A DNA stretch of 64,000 nucleotides from Octopus bimaculoides (lineage: Eukaryota): the NCBI RefSeq assembly GCF_001194135.2, contig NC_068988.1:14702081-14766080 (forward strand). The letters run 5' to 3'. Under the pieces are notes generated by a model, which was not told the DNA's origin, ran no database searches, and saw nothing but the letters and a program-made list of their open reading frames with translations. The stretch's first letter is position 1. Every line of letters starts with the position of its first letter. Shown one piece after another: positions 24,084 through 37,250 of the stretch. A program made the position numbers and the translations under genes.

Positions 24084-26191
24084 AAACAAGTAATACTTTT
24101 AACAGTGTTTGGAACAAAAATTAAATTGAAATTTTGATGGAAGGTTTTAATTTAAATCACTTGACCCTAAGTTTGTATCATAAAACCAGGGTCAGTTTCA
24201 AGTGGATTGGTAACAAAAGGGTTAAAGGACTTAAAATTGTTGACACACAACTTGGCTAAAAAAAAATCATGCAACTGAACTTCAGAAATTTATCTAAACT
24301 CAGACTCCTCTCAGTTTGAAAGTTTATAATTAGGAATCTTGAATAACAGGAGTTGCAGGTGGCAAAGTTTTTAAAATCTGAAGCAAAATAGAACTCAATT
24401 TCATCCACACATAATAATTCAAGCTGTTCTAAATGCGTAAACTAACTGGGCTATTTTTAAAAAAATCTAATTTCTTCTTTGAGCTGTAAGGCAAGTATGT
24501 GTCAAATTTAGATTGATGTTATTGACCTAGTGTGACTTCATTACACAAAAGAACACGGTAACCATGTTTGGCTACCAGTCAAAAGTCACTACAGTAACTG
24601 TTTGTACGTTTTGTTTTATATGTATATATATTTATTCCAAGTTTATATGATTCTATCTAATGTTCTATAAGGTTTCATGTGTGCAAGTGTTATGTAGACA
24701 CAAGCACAATGATTTCCAAAATAAGCCAGATTCTAAGCAGAGGTTTCCAAGTGTAATTCAATGCATTTATTATCAATGCTTGACTGAATTAGGTTTACTT
24801 TCTCAAGCTAATACAGATAAACATTAATATATTTAGCATATTAAACTTTTTGCAAAAACTTTCAGTTTGAAAATTAATGAAGATAAAATTTACTTAACGT
24901 AACATTTTTCAACATATAACCTGAGTAATTATTTCTGACAAAGGCACAAGGCCACAAATTTGAGTGGAGAGGTTTTATTGATTAACTTGACTATAGTATT
25001 TAACTTTTATTTCATCAATCCCAGAAGGATAAAAGGCAAACCTTGATAAGATTTGAACTCAGAATGTAAAAGGTGGAAACAGATACCAATACCACAAGAC
25101 ATTTTGGCACATGCTTTAACGTTTCTACCTTCTAATAATATGCTTAAAAGCTTCAGCAAGAGAATCAGCTCTAATCAACAGTAACTAATGTTTATGTCTG
25201 CTGATTTGGCAAAATGCAAATGGAATATATCATGAAGTGAGTAATACATTTTAGATCCTTACAATTGAAAGTTCATATTTAACATCTGGCAAATAAACAT
25301 TTGAGATCTTCATCTCAATTATGAGGATTTTATTTCTTGTGCATCTTAGGTCTCTTTTACCCTTGTCAACATGGGTGGGATGAACTTTACAAATTCAGAC
25401 CTTTGCTTTACTATCGGAGCTGCTATTTTTAAAGCAGCCATCTACTTTGTATCACTCACGCCTTCAAGTTAAAGAAAGTGTAACCTACTTTTAGTTAGAC
25501 AGTAAAGCAGTAAAACACAATAGCAGTGTCAAGACTTGAACACATTACTAAACCTGTAAGTAGTCTACTTTCCTAACTTTACATACACACTCACCCTTTA
25601 GTCACTACATATCCACTGATGATGATGATGACAAATGTTTTGTAATATAGGCACTAAACCAGAAATTTGGGTGGATAGCCAATTAAATCAACCCAGTATT
25701 TAACTGGTACTTTGATTTGAACTCAGACAGTAAAGAACCAGAACAAATACTGCAAGACATTTTGTCCAATGCTTCACTGCCCTGATAATAACACTAATTC
25801 CTAAATAGTTACAAGGCCAAAAATCTAGACGGTTGAGGAAGCTGATAGTTGATTAAATAAACCCAAGTTTTTGACTGGTACTTTATTTTCATGACCTCAG
25901 AGGGATGAGAGACAAAATAACCTCAACATGATTGTAACTCAGAACATATAGTTGGATGATTCAGATATTAGTTTATCCATGTCATTTTGGCTTTTGCACG
26001 TTTTGGCACTGCCAAACCATTCAGTTGGGAGGTCAGTTTGATAGTTTGTCTTGAACCATCCTTCTTCCACTTTGTTGATCTTCCATGTTTTGGATGCTTT
26101 CTAGTCATCTTGTCATTTCCCTCATTTGAGGGATTAGAAGGTGTCAATGCTATTTTTGTGTTTTCAGATGTTTCCTCTTGCTTTTCTTATT

Positions 26192-26874
26192 GAGGGAACC
26201 CGTGGAAGAGGTAGGCCCAGGAAGACCTGGGCTGAGGTGGTGAGGCAAGACCTTCGTACATTGGGCCTCACCGAGGCGATGACTACGGACCGAGACCTTT
26301 GGAAATGGGCTGTGCGTGAGAAGACCCGGCAAGCCAAGTAAGATCGTTGCCAGTGCCCCTGGACTGGTTCTTGTGCGGGTGGCACATGAGATGCACCATT
26401 TTGAGCGTGGCCGTTGCCAGTACCGCCTGACTGGCTCCTGTAGGATTTTCGAGCGAGATCGTNNNNNNNNNNNNNNNNNNNNNNNNNNNNNNNNNNNNNN
26501 NNNNNNNNNNNNNNNNNNNNNNNNNNNNNNNNNNNNNNNNNNNNNNNNNNNNNNNNNNNNNNNNNNNNNNNNNNNNNNNNNNNNNNNNNNNNNNNNNNNN
26601 NNNNNNNNNNNAAAAGCACCCACTACACTCTCTGAGTGGTTGGCGTTAGGAAGGGCATCCAGCTCACATAAAAGACACCATTTCGAGCGTGGCCGTTTTC
26701 GTGCGGGTGACACGTAAAAGCACCCACTACACTCTCTGAGTGGTTGGCGTTAGGAAGGGCATCCAGCTGTAGAAACTCTGCCATCCGGTTTCACCAGTCC
26801 TCAGTCAAATCGTCCAACCCATGCTAGCATGGAAAGCGGACGTTAAACGATGATGATGATGATGATGATGATGA
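26192..26874 (+). mobile_element. RTE-clade LINE 3' end: ORF C-terminus, 3' UTR and (GAT)n tail
   Basis: EGTRGRGRPRKTWAEVVRQDLRTLGLTEAMTTDRDLWKWAVREKTRQAK* (stop at 26339-26341) is the typical RTE terminus GRPRKTW..D..LGL....DR..W. The tail ends gttaaacgatgatgatg. Interrupted by an N gap. Confidence 0.88.
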
Positions 26875-29554
26875 TAGGAAGACTTCTTTATAATATACTT
26901 TTCTATAGACCTGTAGTGGATGTTGTTGTTGACACTGATACAGCTACTTGAAATTACAGTGACTGCTGCTGCTGTTGCGATTGCAGCAATTACTACCATA
27001 GCAGCAGTGGAAAATACTAATCAGCTGCCATCATCTACATGAAACAGAAAACTGTGAGGTAGTCCTATTTTACAGCATATGTAATATTTGGGTATTTTAC
27101 CCTCAATTACCACCAGTACTGTTCACACTCTTCAAAATAAAAATAACACTGTGTAACACAATTTATGTCTTTGCGTAGCAACTGTTATTTCCCATTTGCT
27201 TACCCCAAGAAAGTATGAAAAATGGTTAATATTTCCTTCAAACTTTGCTTCTGTTATATTTATTCAAACCCCAAAGAGTCCCTCTTAACACATGGCTATG
27301 ATTCTCCCCAACTACCCCTGCTCATGATCAGAGATGCACAAATTGCCAGCCACTAAAGCACATGCTCAAGTGGTTAAAGTCAAGCAACCAACAAGCAAAT
27401 CTGTGGTATTGAGCAGAATATTTGCTATAAAATATACCAAGGCAGGTTTCCAGCTTTTTTAGATTGTCTGAGCAAAAAACCCTTCATGTAGCCATTTCTG
27501 AAATACTGCACCACCAATTTCATAGCTTTTATTGCTGCAGCGAACAACAAAGCATAGCTCAGGAATGGCCCTATGATCTTTGATTCTTATAACTTGTATG
27601 TCTATACAGATCTCATCCAACCACTTATTTTTAGTTATTTCAGTACCCTTGCTGAAATAACGAAGGGCAAAGGTTCGATGTCATTGCCATTCATTGAGAT
27701 CTTTGTATTTAATCAACCCATCTATGACAGTGCTAGCAGGTGAGCGGTATGTGGCACCCCAACTTCACCTGCTGCCTCACTTCATCCTTAATCCTGAAGA
27801 TAACACACATGCACATCCACACACACACACGCTGTGCAACAATGACAGAAACTACAACTTTCCATACAAGATCTTGGGTCTCCTACAACTGGGGATTTTA
27901 GGTTGTTTTGTTTTGGATAAAAATATGGCAACTTATTACTTTCGTTTTTATGCATTCCTATATGTATTCCTCAAGCAGGTAGGTACTATCTTTTGTAACA
28001 CATCTTTCCTATACAGGTTTTTGTTGAAGCCAACCTATGTCCAGAGATTATTTGCGGTTCACAGCATTAGAAAAGCACATTATATGCTAATTAACAACTT
28101 CATTATTTTTTTATCACTTGTCAAAGTTTTGAATGTTTGCTATGTGGGTTTGTTTGATATTGCTAGCTTGATCTTTTTTTTATCTGTCTTTTTGTAATTA
28201 ATTGCATCCATATTATTTTTTTATTGGTTTTCATCTGAAAGGTGTATGTTTACATTAGCATTACCACTGCTGCTGTGACAAGCACCTTTTCCCACTCCTC
28301 TATCATAAAAAGCCATCTCAAATTTCTAGTAAACAGTATTTACAAAATATGGAATATAAAAATACTCAGAGACAAACTGTATTTTTTTTTCCACCCCAAA
28401 ATAAACAGGGTGGACATAGAACTATTCCAAGATATTCTTACTGGTATAATATTTCAAAAGAAATGGGTTTTTTTTTTCATTACATATAAATACGGTAAAT
28501 CTAAAGACATTTGAAGCAAAGCAAATACATCCACAATTGCCAAACCACAAATGTAATGATGATAATAATAATAATAATAATAGTAGTAGTAATTTTTTTG
28601 ATAAGCTTAAAGTATCTTCTTTCCTCTGTCAGGAGCTGCAATCAATAGATAGCAAGATAGCATCAGCAATTTGAAAAATTAATGGAAATATAGTTTCCTT
28701 GGCTCGATCAGAAGATCAGCTGCTACCACCACTACTATCAGCTGTGTGTGTGTATGTGTGTGTGTCCATGACATTTCAGCTCAAAAAATAATTATCTTTG
28801 TTAGATAGGATAGGGTGAAAGGGGGAGAGAATGAAATGGAAATGTTCTCAGTTTCACAGAATGTGAAGCTATTCCAAATGGGAATTGAAATCAAGACAAA
28901 GATTACATTTCTTGAGAATTTGTGATGTTATACATTTATTAAGGTATTAATGACTTTCTTTTTCTTTTTAAACCAAGAATCTGGCTTTATCCACTTTATC
29001 TTTGTGCTTTTTCAATAAGTAAACACCCTCAATACAACACCACACTTAGTCGAGGGGTCTTGTCTTCTGAGTTACTTGGCGACCTCACTGGTGTTGGTGC
29101 CACATAAAACACCTCCAGTAGATTGTATAAAGTACTTGGCATTAGGATGGGCATCTAACCATAGGATGCCACACCCGAGCAGACATTGGCGTTTGGCACA
29201 GTCCCCTGGCTAGCCAGCTCCGGCCAAACTGTCCAACACATGCAAACATGGAACACAGGCATTAAATGATGATGACGGTGATCTCAAAGCAGTAATAAAA
29301 TGTAAGGAAAGTAAAATTAAATGCCTTGCCCAAGAATGCAATAGAAAATCTGCAGTCAAATACAACTTCCTTGTGTACCAATTAGAAGTCCCATACATGA
29401 CCCACACCACTGTTGCTACTCTCAATATTAACGATTTCTTACAGAAGTATGAAAATTTAACATTACAAAAGGAAAACAGACAACTGTAATTAGAAAAGTG
29501 AAATGATGCCAACCAGATATGATAATCAATTTAAAGCACCATCATCATCATCAT

Positions 29555-29830
29555 CATAAGAAGAAGAAGAAAGAGAAAGAACGAAAGACAGGAAGATGGA
29601 GAAGAAAGAAAGAAGAGGAGGAGGAGGAAAGAAAATTGAGGAGAAGAAAGAAGAGGTGGAAAGAGAAGAGGAAATGAGGAGAAAGAAAGAAAGGAAAACG
29701 GTGAAAGAATCAGAAAGGATAGGTGGGCAAAGAAGAAGAAGAAGAAGCTAACAATGTAGACAGAAGAAAAAAAAGGAAAATAAAAATAAATTAAAATAAA
29801 GCAAAAGAATGTAAATGAGCTGCAGAGAAA
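29555..29830. repeat. Polypurine low-complexity tract (AAG/GAG/AAAG)
   Basis: Almost purely A/G on the plus strand for about 270 bp. Confidence 0.85.
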
Positions 29831-29848
29831 AATAGGGGAAAGAAAACA

Positions 29849-29881
<33 letters not shown>

Positions 29882-32061
29882 GACAGTTTTTAAAATTCAA
29901 ACACTTTAGTTTAGATTTTGAACAACACCTCATAGAGAAATCAATAAAAAGAGAGATCAAGATTTCTAAACTGACAGAACAGAATTTGAGCTGAGGTTTC
30001 AGCTGTCAACAGATAGAATTTTAAACAACTGTCTCAAATATCTACAGTCTTCCATAATTATTGGCATGGCCGAGTCTTCGCAGGAAGTTTATTAATGGTT
30101 CATGAAATAAATTTTCTTTTTAAAAAAAAACAAAAAAACATTGAGTTAGTAAACAAGAATAAATTGCAAAAGCTAAAATGGATGAAAATTGATTTTTTTT
30201 TTTCTTCCTTTTTCTTTTCACTCAAATCAATATCAAATTACATGCTTTGGTAAACAAATTATTCTTTCTTTATTTATTTGTTTATTTATTTTCGTATTTT
30301 GTAGACTGCTTTGAATTCAAAAGATCTTGCTTTACCATAAGTAGAAGGAAACTAGAGTATACTACCAAATCAACTGATGCAAAAGACATCAAGCAGAAGC
30401 GATCGATAACATTATATAAAAACCAATGATAGAATGCTTATGACCTTGGCATTTTGTTGTGCATTTTATTTTTCAAAAAAGAAAAAAATTATAACAATAA
30501 TAAAACTAAGACTTCCCTCCTAAAGCAACATTCTAAAGTAAATATTGATTACAATAATAAAAAAAAAATATAAACCAAATATTAAAAGATGTTTCCCTGA
30601 TCAATTAAAAAGCAATATAACAAGTGATATATCTGTCACCGAGAGAAAAGGAGTAACAAGAATTCTTTTACTATCAAGCATCCTAAATCTTGCATCCCAT
30701 GAATATGTAAACAGGCAGACAGAGAGAGAGATGTGGAATGGAAGTGCTTTTTATGTTAATAACAATGATGATAAACTTTGAGGAAACTAAAGTGTTATGG
30801 ATTTGAATGAATTATTTTGGCAAGCTTTCAAGAGAGATACTGCCAACATGAAATAAAATATCTTTAGAAGCTAAAAACAATAAATTCAAATCTAGGGCAC
30901 GTCAAGAGACACAGATAAAGCCATATGGTTCTGATTTCAATCTCACTGTATGACGTACGCGTCAGGTGAGTGGTTTCTATGACCAGTGGCATGAGAGCAG
31001 AACCTGGTAGACAAGAGGAGGGGAGCTGGCAGAAACGTCTGCCGCTATGTTCTGAGTTCAAATTCTGCCAAGGTCGACTTTGCCTTTCATCCTTTCAGGG
31101 TCGATTAAATAAGTACCAGTTATGCACTGGAGTCGATATAATTGACTTAATCCGTTTGTCCCCTCTGTGTGTAGCCCCTTGTGGGCAATAAAGAAATAAG
31201 AACTGCATGGAAACTGGTCAGAGTGTGTGTGTGTGTGTGTGTAGGTAAAATAGCACAAATGGAATTAGAGGGATAAGAGACAAACAGTTGGACAACATAG
31301 GTTAGAAGAGGTACACAAAGAGGAATGAGAAAGGAAATGATAACTGTTTAAAGTACCTTAACATAACTGTTTAAAGTACCTTAGAACTACGTGTTGTAGA
31401 ATATTTATGTGGGTGTGTATACATTAAACAGACGCACACATACACACAAATACATTATACAGACACACACACACACACACCTATCTTATCTTTTACTTGG
31501 TTGTTTCAGTCATTTGACAGTGGCCATGCTGGGGCACCACTTTGAAAGGTTTTAGACAAACAAATCAACCGCAGGACTTATTTTTTTTAAGCCTGGTATT
31601 TATTCTATCAGTCTTTTTTGCCAGACCACTAAGTTACAGGGATATAAACACATTCTTTTTCCTTTTTTACTTTTACATGTTTCAGGCATTTGAATCTGGC
31701 CATGCTGGAGCACTACCTTAAAGGGTTTTTCCTTTTTTTTTTTTATTGAAGAAATCAACCCCAGGACTTATTCTTTGTAAGCCTAGTACTTATTCTATTG
31801 GTCTCTTCTGCCAAACTGCTTAGTTATGGGGATATAAACACACCAACATCGGTTGTCAAGCGACTGGGGGGGGGGGGGACACACAGATACAAAGACACAC
31901 ACACATAAATATATACACACATAATATATCTATATACATATAACTGTATAATTCTGAATTCTTTTCTCACACATTTGCAAAACTAGACAGTGTGTATGTG
32001 TCTATGTTTGCACATACCAATGTAGAATGGCTCCAAGTTGCATCCTGCCATAACAAAAGAT

Positions 32062-32340
32062 ATCATCATTATCATCATCGTTTAACATCCGCTAGCATGG
32101 GTTGGACGATTTGACTGGGGACTGGTGAAACCGGATGGCTGCACCAGGCTCCAGTCTGATCTGGCAGAGTTTCTACAGCTGGATGCCCTTCCTAACGCCA
32201 ACCACTCCGAGAGTGTAGTGGGTGCTTTTACGTGCCACCAGCACGAGGGCCAGTCAGGCAGTACTGGCAACAGCCACGCTCAAATGGTGTTTTTTACGTG
32301 CCACCTGCACAAGAGCCAGTCCAGCGGCACTGGCAACGAC
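32062..32340 (-). mobile_element. Young RTE 3' UTR copy (family C)
   Basis: CpG-retaining reverse complement of 26390-26870 (...cttcctaacgccaaccactccgagagtgtagtgggtgcttttacgtgccacc...). Confidence 0.88.
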
Positions 32341-35300
32341 GGATCACTAAAACAGATAACAGACTGAAATAAGGACTAAGGCTGATATCATTCTTTATTT
32401 TTATCCTTTTTTANNNNNNNNNNNNNNNNNNNNNNNNNNNNNNNNNNNNNNNNNNNNNNNNNNNNNNNNNNNNNNNNNNNNNNNNNNNNNNNNNNNNNNN
32501 NNNNNNNNNNNNNNNNNNNNNNNNNNNNNNNNNNNNNNNNNNNNNNNNNNNNNNNNNNNNNNNNNNNNNNNNNNNNNNNNNNNNNNNNNNNNNNNNNNNN
32601 NNNNNNNNNNNNNNNNNNNNNNNNNNNNNNNNNNNNNNNNNNNNNNNNNNNNNNNNNNNNNNNNNNNNNNNNNNNNNNNNNNNNNNNNNNNNNNNNNNNN
32701 NNNNNNNNNNNNNNNNNNNNNNNNNNNNNNNNNNNNNNNNNNNNNNNNNNNNNNNNNNNNNNNNNNNNNNNNNNNNNNNNNNNNNNNNNNNNNNNNNNNN
32801 NNNNNNNNNNNNNNNNNNNNNNNNNNNNNNNNNNNNNNNNNNNNNNNNNNNNNNNNNNNNNNNNNNNNNNNNNNNNNNNNNNNNNNNNNNNNNNNNNNNN
32901 NNNNNNNNNNNNNNNNNNNNNNNNNNNNNNNNNNNNNNNNNNNNNNNNNNNNNNNNNNNNNNNNNNNNNNNNNNNNNNNNNNNNNNNNNNNNNNNNNNNN
33001 TATATATATGCTGGGCTTCTGTTCAGTTTCCGTCGAAGCTATTGTAGATAATACTTGCCCAAGGTGCCACACAGTGGGACTGAACCCTGAACCATGAGGT
33101 TAAGAAGCAAGCTTCAGTGGGCTTCCACACAGTTTCTGTCTACCAAATCCACTCATAGGGAATTGTCAGCCCACAGCTTTCACAGAAAACACTTGCCCAA
33201 GATGCTGTACAATAGGACTGAACTTGAAACCACATAGTTGCAAAGCAAGCTTCTTAACCATGCAGCCATGCCTGATTGATTAAAATCAGAAATGAAATAT
33301 AAACCTTGAAAGGCAAGAGTCTTGGCACTGCCATAGTTAAATCACTGAAACCAATAAAAAACAATTAAAGAATATTTAACAGAGCCGAAACTTCTGATTT
33401 ATTGTTTATCTCCCTCAACATATTCCTTAAATTAGAGCCACCATATTTTCATGTCCAAAATCCTAGGTAACCTTACTCAACAATACAGACAAGAGAGCCA
33501 TAGCTAGAAACATCCACCAGTTTTGATTCCATTTGACTGGCTATCATAGATTTATTCAAGCAGAGCTGATTGGGACAATCCAACAACAAACAACCAAGAC
33601 CAGACTAAAAATACATCAATATTTTCTATTCTCTTTTAATATCTATTTTTGAATGGCTTATAACTGCTCGAGGATATCTATAAATTCTCTAAAAATACTG
33701 AACATTGTTTGCCTTCTAGAAGAAAAAATAATCAATAAAACTAAAATGTAGAAAAATAAATTGAGATAATTAGGAATTCAAAAATATCAAAAGTTGCTTT
33801 TAGGGATGCAAACTTAAATGAACCTAAACGAAAGTTAAGAAATTACACAAATCCAGATATCTATACTACAGTAATGATGATAGTCTAGTAATGATGATAA
33901 TGATAACTGGATGAGGAGATGTTAGTAGATGGCTGCTAGAGTAAAGATGATTAAAATGGTATGACTGTATCATGGTGAGAAATCATTATCATTAACATCA
34001 TCAATTTATTGTCTATTTTATCACACAAGCATGGGTCAGACAGATTTGTTAAGGCAGATTTTCTATGGTCAGAAGCACGACCAATTGCCAACCCTTACTT
34101 GTTTCCATGGAAGGTAATATTTTACCTCGTGGCCTGACATGTTTTCATGGAAGACTGGAAATAAGAGACACCACTTGTACGATGGTAACACTCATTTAAT
34201 GAACGCCACCTCTGTCCAGAACTGAAGTATATTGTGGTTGCAAAAAGGAAATTCAGGCTTTTGGATGCAGTCTTAACAATGTAGCCCACTTATGAGAAGT
34301 TACTGAAATCAAGCATTTGTAGAGGTTTTTGCTGCAGGGTGATGCAAAACAATAGGAAGAATGGGTATATTGTCTTGATAAGTACAGTGACTGTATCTTT
34401 GTACAGTTGAATAAACTTATGCTGTTGTGTTTCTGTTGTTTACAAGATGTCTGTCCACAGAAGCTTTGTGTCCTTTTAGAGTACTAGCATCTCTCATTTT
34501 GGACACAGGACACAGGAAATGTGTCAAGGCCGACAGGAAGCGGTGCAGCTTCCTAGGTCTAACCAACAGTAGTATTATTCCCTTCAGGGGACTGTCACAT
34601 TAAGTTGACAGCATACAACTACTTCAAGTATAGTAAGGTATTGAGAAATGGTCAGGCACATTACATAGAACAGATTAATGCAAACAAGCCCTCTTTAAAA
34701 GTACAAATATTAAAATTCTGTTGCTTACACCAGTCTATTTTACACTCTTTTTTTCTTTTGCTTAACAAAGCAACTTAATGTATTTAAAACACTGCAACAT
34801 GATGCTGAATAGACAAGAGAGAAATACTGATAGTATCATGGGCTCTAATTAACAAGATATCTCACTGTCCTACTTATCCTCTTAAACAAGACAAGGCAGA
34901 ATTGGGATTTATTTGCATAAGAAAAACGTCATTGTAATTAGAGTGTTATCTAAACTCTATACGACAACATGAAACTAGGAACAAGGTCTGGGTAATAAAT
35001 GAGTAATTGATACAAAACAAACATGTAACGGAAGAAGCCGTCATTAAACGTGTACAACTAGATTAGTAAAACAACTTATAGAATTGTTACAAAACACAAG
35101 AGGATTACAACGAAGATTTTTGCAATCGACCTCACACAAAGGCATATACAGCAATCAAATAACTTAGCTTTCACATGCTATACCACACTAATATCAGTGA
35201 TTATAAATGTGTTGTAAAAATACAATAACTAAACAAATCAAAAGAATGTTAAACTTTCCCTCTGCCTCCTCCTCCATCACTGCCCTCCATGTGAATGATG

Positions 35301-35879
35301 CTAATTTGAATGAAAAAAAGTTTGAGTGAAGAGTTATATATTATGTAATAACAATTACTAATGAAAAAAAAAAACGACTGAATAAGTATTAAGGAGTAAT
35401 TTGTGAAATTTGATTACCAAGAACTTTTTCTCTAATTCGACAGCTAACGTTTGTCTGCTTTCGATCACACTTAAGCAACTGACAGAATATATCCTGAATA
35501 AAGTATTTATGTTGGCTTTCTCAATAAAAGGTTTTTTAATATAAACACAATCGTTTAGTTTTGTATAGAAAGTTGTTTTGTTTTGTTTTGATTTTTTTTT
35601 TTTTTTGCATTAAATTGATCTAATTCAAAGTTTCCAATTGGAATCAACCCATCAAGCTAAGGTCATACTTGAAGGGGGAAGTGCTATAGCATTACCAGTT
35701 TCCAATCTAATTCCAATAGCAATTAGATAAATGATTCTAACTCGCAGTCGATAACAGACAATGGTGCTTTTATGAGAAATATTCATGAATTGATAACACA
35801 ATCATTTGATTTTTAAGTATCCAAGTGAGCATGTCCGTTGTTACAAATACGTATCCTAGTTATACACATAAACTCCTAT

Positions 35880-35921
<42 letters not shown>

Positions 35922-36989
35922 CAAATGAGTTTTACCTCTGAATCATCCAAAATGAATCATTACTGGCTGAAACCATTCTCTTTGGTATGACCTACTAACA
36001 CACCCCATCCCAAAACAGCCCAAACACTGTTAAGTCAAATCTCTCGAGTGATCCATTTGCAGCTGCATTGCTGCTGCGCAAAAGAATAACGACCTACAAC
36101 ATCCGGAATAAATGTCCGAAAGTCACTAAATTGGAAGCATACGTCTGCCACAGCACGTGTTAAATGGCTACTATAAAAGCAGAAACTTTTGTTGGTATAC
36201 TGCATACACACTGAATTGCAGCTGAGCTCTCGACAAATTTTGCAGAATCTATGTTTTTTTCCTTAACATGATGAATCTGTGAGCAATACAATATTCATAT
36301 CAATAAATCCCACATTTGTTATCTGCTTCAGCCCCCTCCCCACCATTTCCACTCTTGTTCTTAACAACAAAACACATCCTAAACATCTCTCTATGAATCC
36401 CAAATAAGTGTAAAAGCTTCTCCAGGTACTTCAGCCCTAACAGTGCTCCTAATACTACGCTCAAGCAATGTGATCCAAACCTGGCCCTCTATACTCACTA
36501 AGCTCTTTATTCCACCACCACCACCAACCCACCCACCCACCNNNNNNNNNNNNNNNNNNNNNNNNNNNNNNNNNNNNNNNNNNNNNNNNNNNNNNNNNNN
36601 NNNNNNNNNNNNNNNNNNNNNNNNNNNGCTGTTGTCTATATTCTTTATCATACACACACACACACACACACAGAGAGACTTACACTTTAATTATCTGCTC
36701 CAGTGCATGGCTTAGTGGTTAGGGTGTTTGACTAATGATCGTCAGATTGTGGTTTTGATTCTTGGACTGGGCAACATGTGTTCTTGAGCAAAACACTTCA
36801 TTTCCCATTGCTCCATTCTACTCAGCTACCAAAATCGAGTGAACCTGCAATGGACCAGCATCCCATCCAGGTGGGGAATATATACACCATGGAAACCAGG
36901 AAACCAGCCCTATGAGCCTATGCAGCTCGGGAAGGAATTTATGTAAATCAACAGTGTGTATAATTCCCCCACCCCACACCCCAAAAGAA

Positions 36990-37250
36990 CAACTTACCAC
37001 CCTATCCATTGCCCTTGCTTCAAACATCTCAAACATGATGGTAACAGATGAAAACAACTTTCTCTATATCTTCAAATATCTTCTCATCCTGAATACCATC
37101 AATAGTTTCTATAGAACCAGATTTACTGGAAATCTGCCATCCAATGTCACACACTAAAAGGCTTGAAACTTCAAAGAAAGCAATGTTGTTGCCCTTGACA
37201 TGAAAGCTATTAACCATGAATGGCACAAGATTCTCCACCCACTTCTTATC
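36990..37250 (+). mobile_element. Highly degenerate CR1/Jockey-group reverse-transcriptase fragment
   Basis: LSIALASNISNMM...RTRFTGNLPSNVTH*KA*NFKESNVVALDMKAINHEWHK resembles PIAL.S.LSKVME...RSTGDLL.YVT.....ES.VVALDISKAFDRVWH. In-frame stops are present. Confidence 0.55.

Noticed and set aside
27694-28197. 167-aa plus-strand ORF
   Set aside because: It has an F/L/I-rich composition typical of AT-rich non-coding DNA, includes a CA repeat, has a non-ATG start and shows no recognisable domain.
34240-34470. Possible mariner transposase C-terminal relic
   Set aside because: Only a faint resemblance (…CLDKY.D…) with multiple stops and no clear TIR pair, too weak to list as a feature.
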